Origin: Bacteroidales bacterium
GTDB lineage: Bacteria > Bacteroidota > Bacteroidia > Bacteroidales > VadinHA17
Length of the DNA: 58,478 bases
Direction of reading: 5' to 3'
Assembly (NCBI GenBank): GCA_025455395.1
Contig: JALOMO010000022.1
Location: forward strand, 1-58,478
The number at the start of each line of letters is the position of its first letter. The first letter of the stretch is position 1. Positions 54,801-58,478 of the stretch are shown in pieces. The notes under the pieces are model-generated. The model made no database searches and had not been told where the DNA came from. It saw only the letters and a list, made by a program, of their open reading frames with translations. Made by a program: the position numbers and the translations under genes.

Positions 54801-56253
54801 TGACCTTTTCAACCCTGTCGGCATATTCATACAATGAGCAGCCCAGCCTTTTGGCCTGTTCCTCAATGAAGCTTCCTGTTCCGGCGGCACATACATTATT
54901 CATTACTGAAAATGTTACCATGCCATTTCGCATCGATGTGAACTTGGAGTCCTGTCCGCCGATCTCAATGATGGTGTCTGTCTCCCTGTTCAGCTCCCAG
55001 GCAGCCCTGGCATGGGCCGTTATCTCATCTAGGATAATGTCGGCGCCGATGATTTTTCCCGTGAACTTCCTTCCTGAGCCTGTGGTCCCTGCACCTGATA
55101 TGGTGAAACTGACCTTATGTTTCTCCGAATAATCGGATATTGCTTCAAAGATAACCTGCACAGCCTGCAGTGGCTGGCCCGATGTGCGGGTGTAAAAGCC
55201 TGCCATCACCTCTTTATTCCTGTCAAGCAGAACAGCTTTGGTGCTGGTTGATCCGATATCAATACCGAGTGAGAGTGACCCTGCGTCGCATCCTGTCAAT
55301 GACGAGTACAGGTCGACTTCAACAGGTTTCATCGAGGGGAACAGGGCAGAACGGAATTCATAAATTTTGTGGGCCCCGAAGTCGGGATACTCCGAAAACT
55401 TAAGCTGCAGTGGCGGATGGTAATATTTCTTCTCCTTCCGTTCAGGTGAAATAAGATCACTTATACTTAACGGCTGTTCGTCAACCTCCGCACCGTTACC
55501 GGCAGAGAGCATTGCGGCTCCTATTGCACCGTAAACGTGGGCACATTCATCGACAGTGATCCGTAGGCGGGTGAGCTGTTCAATATGGCTGATCACTGAT
55601 TTATTGAGAGCGACGCCACCGGCTGCGACAACCTCTTCCCGGGCATCGCCTTTAAATACAGTATCAACAATATTCTTTGCCAGTCCGTATGATAAGCCGT
55701 CGCATATTTCAGAGAGTGAGAAGCCCTCCTGTTGCGCATGGATAAGGTCGGTCTTGGCAAATACGGCACACCGCGAGGCTATCAAAGGAATCTTCCCTTT
55801 ATTCTCAAAAGCAATTTTGCTGAATTCCTGAATGCTTTGGAGGTTTAACCTCTCCGCCTGTTGGTCGAGAAAATTGCCGGTGCCTGCTGCGCATGAACTG
55901 TTTGACTTATAGTTACTGTACTCACCTTTATCATCGAAGGTGACCAGCCCGAATTTCTCGGCACCGATTATCAGCAATGAACGAACCTCCGGATGAAAAT
56001 GTCTGGCTGCAGTAATAAAAGCTACTCTCGGGTCGACTGATCTTCCCCTATTGATAATTGATCGCGATGAAGAAGTATATCCGACAGCTTTAATGTTTTC
56101 AGGATCTATTTTTTTTAGCAACGAATGAAGAGTTTCGGCTATCCTGCCTTTATGGAAGGCATAACCGGCATGAACTATCCTGTTGTTTTCGTCCGTTTCA
56201 GCAAATGAGACCGCAACAGAACCGACGTCAATCCCGAGAAAGTTACTTTTCAT
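51874..56253 (-). CDS. fused tandem HgdC/BcrAD/BadFG-type ATPase (activase) plus 2-hydroxyacyl-CoA-dehydratase/DUF2229-like protein
   Basis: Two actin-fold ATPase units (GIDVGSVAV...CAAGTGNF...ASRCAVFA and GIDIGSTSTKAV...CAAGTGSF...SDRCTVFM). Cys-rich linker CELCTNHC. Dehydratase-like C-terminal halves (PKVAIFGDLYVRDN). Confidence 0.8.
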   Translation of the reverse strand: MKSNFLGIDVGSVAVSFAETDENNRIVHAGYAFHKGRIAETLHSLLKKIDPENIKAVGYTSSSRSIINRGRSVDPRVAFITAARHFHPEVRSLLIIGAEKFGLVTFDDKGEYSNYKSNSSCAAGTGNFLDQQAERLNLQSIQEFSKIAFENKGKIPLIASRCAVFAKTDLIHAQQEGFSLSEICDGLSYGLAKNIVDTVFKGDAREEVVAAGGVALNKSVISHIEQLTRLRITVDECAHVYGAIGAAMLSAGNGAEVDEQPLSISDLISPERKEKKYYHPPLQLKFSEYPDFGAHKIYEFRSALFPSMKPVEVDLYSSLTGCDAGSLSLGIDIGSTSTKAVLLDRNKEVMAGFYTRTSGQPLQAVQVIFEAISDYSEKHKVSFTISGAGTTGSGRKFTGKIIGADIILDEITAHARAAWELNRETDTIIEIGGQDSKFTSMRNGMVTFSVMNNVCAAGTGSFIEEQAKRLGCSLYEYADRVEKVRSPMASDRCTVFMERDLNHYLMAGYSTEEILAAVLHSTCENYFTRVASRVTIGNHIFFQGATAKNRALVAAMEQKLKKPVMVSRYCHLTGALGVALELADQNLTGSKFRGLDLYKKTIPVRSEVCELCTNHCKLKVADVDGQTEAYGFLCGRDYNTHKFVRNKSLSFQLLRKRKELFRQSASPGKKTAIIGIPAGLHLFEEIPFWQKFFDLLSFTTVSSEEYMTPSKDGKNLCGAEFCAPIAAMHGHVDYLNDKADYIFLPVYIEEPHETKLNKQYCYYTQYVSSVISVRKNLNNGKKLLTPVLKSSQGEIYMRMELYKMFKSAGINDIGFLNISLAYEKAMNHVRSANEKWKALYESATKDLDDIHVMLLGRPYTVLSPAMNNSIPEIIEKMGITTFYMDMMPFRQTDGLITEDLIRTIKWKFASKILYASEMAARTENCYPVLITSFKCSPDSFVIEYFKEILDNYRKPYLILQLDEHDSTVGYETRIEAAVRAFRNHRKSNSGESQGNRLTGSPENIAAETEEALLSDTSMYRHVKSLVRDASVILKAHSIDFRLFSREIVKAEAQDSNISRTVFTGARNLGSKTLLLPYWDPYTGPLLEAVLKNSGINARLVDSSVESVQRSLSLNTGQCLPLNIIVQDSIDYIEANGLDPSDTALWMMKTKLSCNLAMFPWFMKKLLEDYGKGMEHVSVYVGDVIFYDFSLQTAINAYLAYMFGGYIRKIACSVRPYEITAGTTDAVVSQSLSRLRYAFLNGRYKEEILEKIISDFESIPVVRTPRPKVAIFGDLYVRDNDMMNQDLIKTIEENGGEVITTPYSEYMKIIADPIIERTLKEGRYRDYVKVRFLKSLIPLVEEKYKKYFTSYTGEAGFESSAEMDEWLNKFGLNILHKGESFENILKIHSLITQHPDLDLFIQTNPSYCCPSLVTEAMKSRIEEVTGVPVLTIEYDGTAGFKNEDLIPYLKYRNVRTKVKA

Positions 56254-56490
56254 AACTGTTAGTAGTCCTTGCTATTTTCATTCTTTAAGATGGTGCACCT
56301 CAAATATACCAAAGGTACGTTTCAGAATATTACATGTCAAATATTTAAAATATCGAATGCCCTTTTATTCAAGCTTATCTTTAGGGGCAAGGGAGTCCAT
56401 TATGATCAGATAAGGCACTGAGATCTAGTTGAATTTGCAGGAAACATCCTTTTTATCTTCGAAATCTGTCCGATATGTCTAATTGTGTTC

Positions 56491-56498
56491 TATTTTTG
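56491..56498 (+). promoter_or_regulatory. candidate -7 box (TATTTTTG) for the ECF sigma gene
   Basis: Exact TAnnTTTG match, 13 nt upstream of the TTG 56512 / GTG 56518 candidate starts. Confidence 0.3.
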
Positions 56499-56511
56499 AA
56501 GTGTAAACTTT

Positions 56512-57132
56512 TTGGGGGTGTCAAATATTAATTCAGAATATGATCTTGAACTGTGGGACTCTTTCCGTAAGGGGGACGAATCCTCTCTGGAGAAATTGTT
56601 TAAATCTTACTATTCTCTTCTGTTAAACTACGGTCACAGGTTTACGCCTAACATGCATCTGATTGAAGAATCTGCACAGGAACTTTTCATCAGGTTGTGG
56701 AACAATAAGCTTTCGCTTGGAGATACCGGGAATGTAAAGCACTATCTTTTTAAGGCTTACCGCTCGATAATTTTCAGAAAGCTAAAGAAGCAGGCCTCAA
56801 ATATCATGGAAAGGCTTGATGATGAACGGTATGAGTTCAAGATCGAACTTGCGCCAGATCAGATTATCATTGAGCATGAAGCCGAGAGCGACGTAATCAG
56901 GAAAATTCAGGATTGCCTCTCAATCCTTACACCAAGACAACGGGAGGCTATTTTCCTTCGATTTTATGAGGAGATGTCGTACGAGCAGGTGTCGGAAATA
57001 CTTCATATGAACATTGGCGGAACCTACAAGCTGATCTACAGGGCACTCGATCGTCTTAGAGAAAAGTTGGGGTCAGCTCTGTTAAGCATATTTCTTGTCG
57101 TATCAAGGCTGAATACACTGACAATTTCCTGA
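56512..57132 (+). CDS. ECF-type RNA polymerase sigma-70 factor (Bacteroidota expansion family)
   Basis: Region 2 (LLLNYGHRFTPNMHLIEESAQELFIRLW) and region 4 HTH (LTPRQREAIFLRFYEEMSYEQVSEILHMNIGGTYKLIYRAL). There is no in-frame ATG near the start; candidates are TTG or GTG. Confidence 0.8.
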   Translation: MGVSNINSEYDLELWDSFRKGDESSLEKLFKSYYSLLLNYGHRFTPNMHLIEESAQELFIRLWNNKLSLGDTGNVKHYLFKAYRSIIFRKLKKQASNIMERLDDERYEFKIELAPDQIIIEHEAESDVIRKIQDCLSILTPRQREAIFLRFYEEMSYEQVSEILHMNIGGTYKLIYRALDRLREKLGSALLSIFLVVSRLNTLTIS

Positions 57133-57218
57133 AAAATAGTACGAATAAAGATTATTTTTTCTCAGGGATGGGATAAAATAACTGATTTATGTATAATCAT
57201 TATAACTGTAATTGAATT

Positions 57219-58478
57219 ATGCTTTTGGAGACCGATTTTAGTAAGGATTATGCAGATTACACTGCGAAGGATTTTCTTGCAGATGAGCGCTTCGTCAGAT
57301 GGGTAAGACACCGGGGTGAGATACGGAATCTTGACATATATTGGGAGGCAGTAATAAAAAATTATCCCGAACTCATTGAAGAGATAAACAAAGCCGCTGA
57401 TACGGCACGAATACTTGCTTGTCAGAAGCGATTTGGAGACGATGCCAATACTCATGAGGCATGGCAGAAGGTACATAAACAACTTAAATGGTCTGCACCC
57501 CAAAGAGTTATCAATACTGGAAAATATTATCTTCTTAAGTACAGAAATATTGCCGCAATTACAGCCGTATTCGTATTACTGGGCGGGGCAGTTGCCGGAG
57601 GTTATTTTTTAAGGTCAGGGTCTCATTCGGATGAGGCCTATACCACAATTTTTTCTCCTGCAGGGCAGAAGACCGAGATAACTTTACCTGACAACTCAAA
57701 GGTATGGCTTAATTCAAAGACTACGATAAGATATTCATCCGGGTTCAATCATGACAACAGGGAAATTTTTCTCGACGGAGAAGCATATTTTGATGTAAAG
57801 AAAAGCCGGGTGCCTTTTGAAGTTAAAACATCAGCAATGAATTTAAAGGTTCTTGGAACGGCCTTTAACGTAAAGTGTTATTCAGATGACTCTACTGTTG
57901 AGGCTACACTTGTCAGAGGATCCCTGAAAGTTGAGAAACTGAATAATTTGACTGGCGATATAGAGGAAATTTTCTTAACACCCAATCAGAAGATTGTATT
58001 TGTCAGGGAGGCAAAGGAGTCCGGTCAACCACTTAATACTGTTGAAGAGCGCAGGGATGAAATTATTGCAGGGGAAAACCTGAAGAGTGCAGTTAAAGAG
58101 GTAAATCTCATAAAAGCTTATAATACTGAGAAAAGTACGGGGTGGATTGAAGGTGTGCTAATTATTGAAGGAGAATCGTTGTTGGAGCTTTCGAAGAAGA
58201 TTGAGAGAAGGTATGATGTGAAGATAATTTTCATGAACGAAGAGCTCAAGAATTTTAAATACACCGGAACACTAAAGGAATACAGTCTCGAGCAGGTTAT
58301 GCGGGCCATTGAAGCTACATCACCGGTAAGTTATACAATAGACAGACAAATGGTTTATATTGGAGAAGACAAGGACTCGATGCTTTCTGATATTATTCCA
58401 GATGAAGTATCGGCTTCTCCTTCTGAAATCGCTACAAGGTCTTTCCTACGAATGCAAATCAATGAGTCTTTAGAAGAG
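57219..58478 (+). CDS. FecR-family anti-sigma factor (3' end beyond window)
   Basis: Not in the ORF track because no stop is reached. ATG 57219 opens 420 codons to the window edge. One TM (AAITAVFVLLGGAVAGGYF). FecR motifs LPDNSKVWLNSKTTIRY, GEAYFDV, TAFNVK. Follows the ECF sigma gene. Confidence 0.8.
   Translation, partial: MLLETDFSKDYADYTAKDFLADERFVRWVRHRGEIRNLDIYWEAVIKNYPELIEEINKAADTARILACQKRFGDDANTHEAWQKVHKQLKWSAPQRVINTGKYYLLKYRNIAAITAVFVLLGGAVAGGYFLRSGSHSDEAYTTIFSPAGQKTEITLPDNSKVWLNSKTTIRYSSGFNHDNREIFLDGEAYFDVKKSRVPFEVKTSAMNLKVLGTAFNVKCYSDDSTVEATLVRGSLKVEKLNNLTGDIEEIFLTPNQKIVFVREAKESGQPLNTVEERRDEIIAGENLKSAVKEVNLIKAYNTEKSTGWIEGVLIIEGESLLELSKKIERRYDVKIIFMNEELKNFKYTGTLKEYSLEQVMRAIEATSPVSYTIDRQMVYIGEDKDSMLSDIIPDEVSASPSEIATRSFLRMQINESLEE

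Overview
The window looks like a Bacteroidota chromosomal segment. Evidence: a SusC/SusD pair, a T9SS C-terminal sorting domain, many lipobox lipoproteins, and TAnnTTTG promoter boxes upstream of genes. I call 44 protein-coding genes (the last runs off the 3' edge) and 2 tRNAs. I found no rRNA, CRISPR array, transposase, integrase or phage genes.

Gene content, left to right:
- Envelope genes: two tandem small Cys-rich lipoproteins, an OM barrel, a FISUMP lipoprotein and a glucosaminidase.
- Nitroreductase, a third small Cys-rich lipoprotein, and an RdhA-like Fe-S protein.
- tRNA-Ala, TonB and a lipoprotein.
- Housekeeping block: hflX, asd, a lamin-tail-domain surface protein, purine nucleoside phosphorylase, lpxK, sppA, folK, radC, rpsT, tRNA-Glu, a small OM barrel, zupT and an MBL hydrolase.
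- A starch/maltodextrin locus in two halves. The first half is LacI regulator | susC-susD-susE/F-like | GH53 | GH13 with T9SS tail. The second half is MFS-pgmB-GH65-GH13-GH13 on the opposite strand. A visibly lower-GC pair of DUF3857/transglutaminase-like genes separates them.
- Class I fumarate hydratase and asnB.
- A perR-dpsL-peroxiredoxin operon.
- A sphingosine-1-phosphate-lyase-like PLP enzyme.
- A 1459-aa fused HgdC-type double ATPase plus dehydratase-like protein.
- An ECF sigma / FecR pair.

I do not see a classical defence or mobile island. The features I cannot explain with standard annotation are:
1. A modular intergenic repeat family. It is built from 6-8 nt tandem arrays plus a conserved double hairpin (core CCGTCCGCCAGCTGGCGGACGG followed by CCCCTCCT-loop-AGGAGGGG). 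It has at least 6 core copies here. Pieces of it also sit in frame inside two CDSs (the MFS transporter and the lamin-tail protein).
2. A three-member family of about 40-aa Cys-rich lipoproteins.
3. A 16-nt candidate LacI operator shared by the two halves of the starch locus.
4. A 7-1-7 Fur-family box at the perR start.

All functional calls come from motif recognition by eye. No database search was possible.
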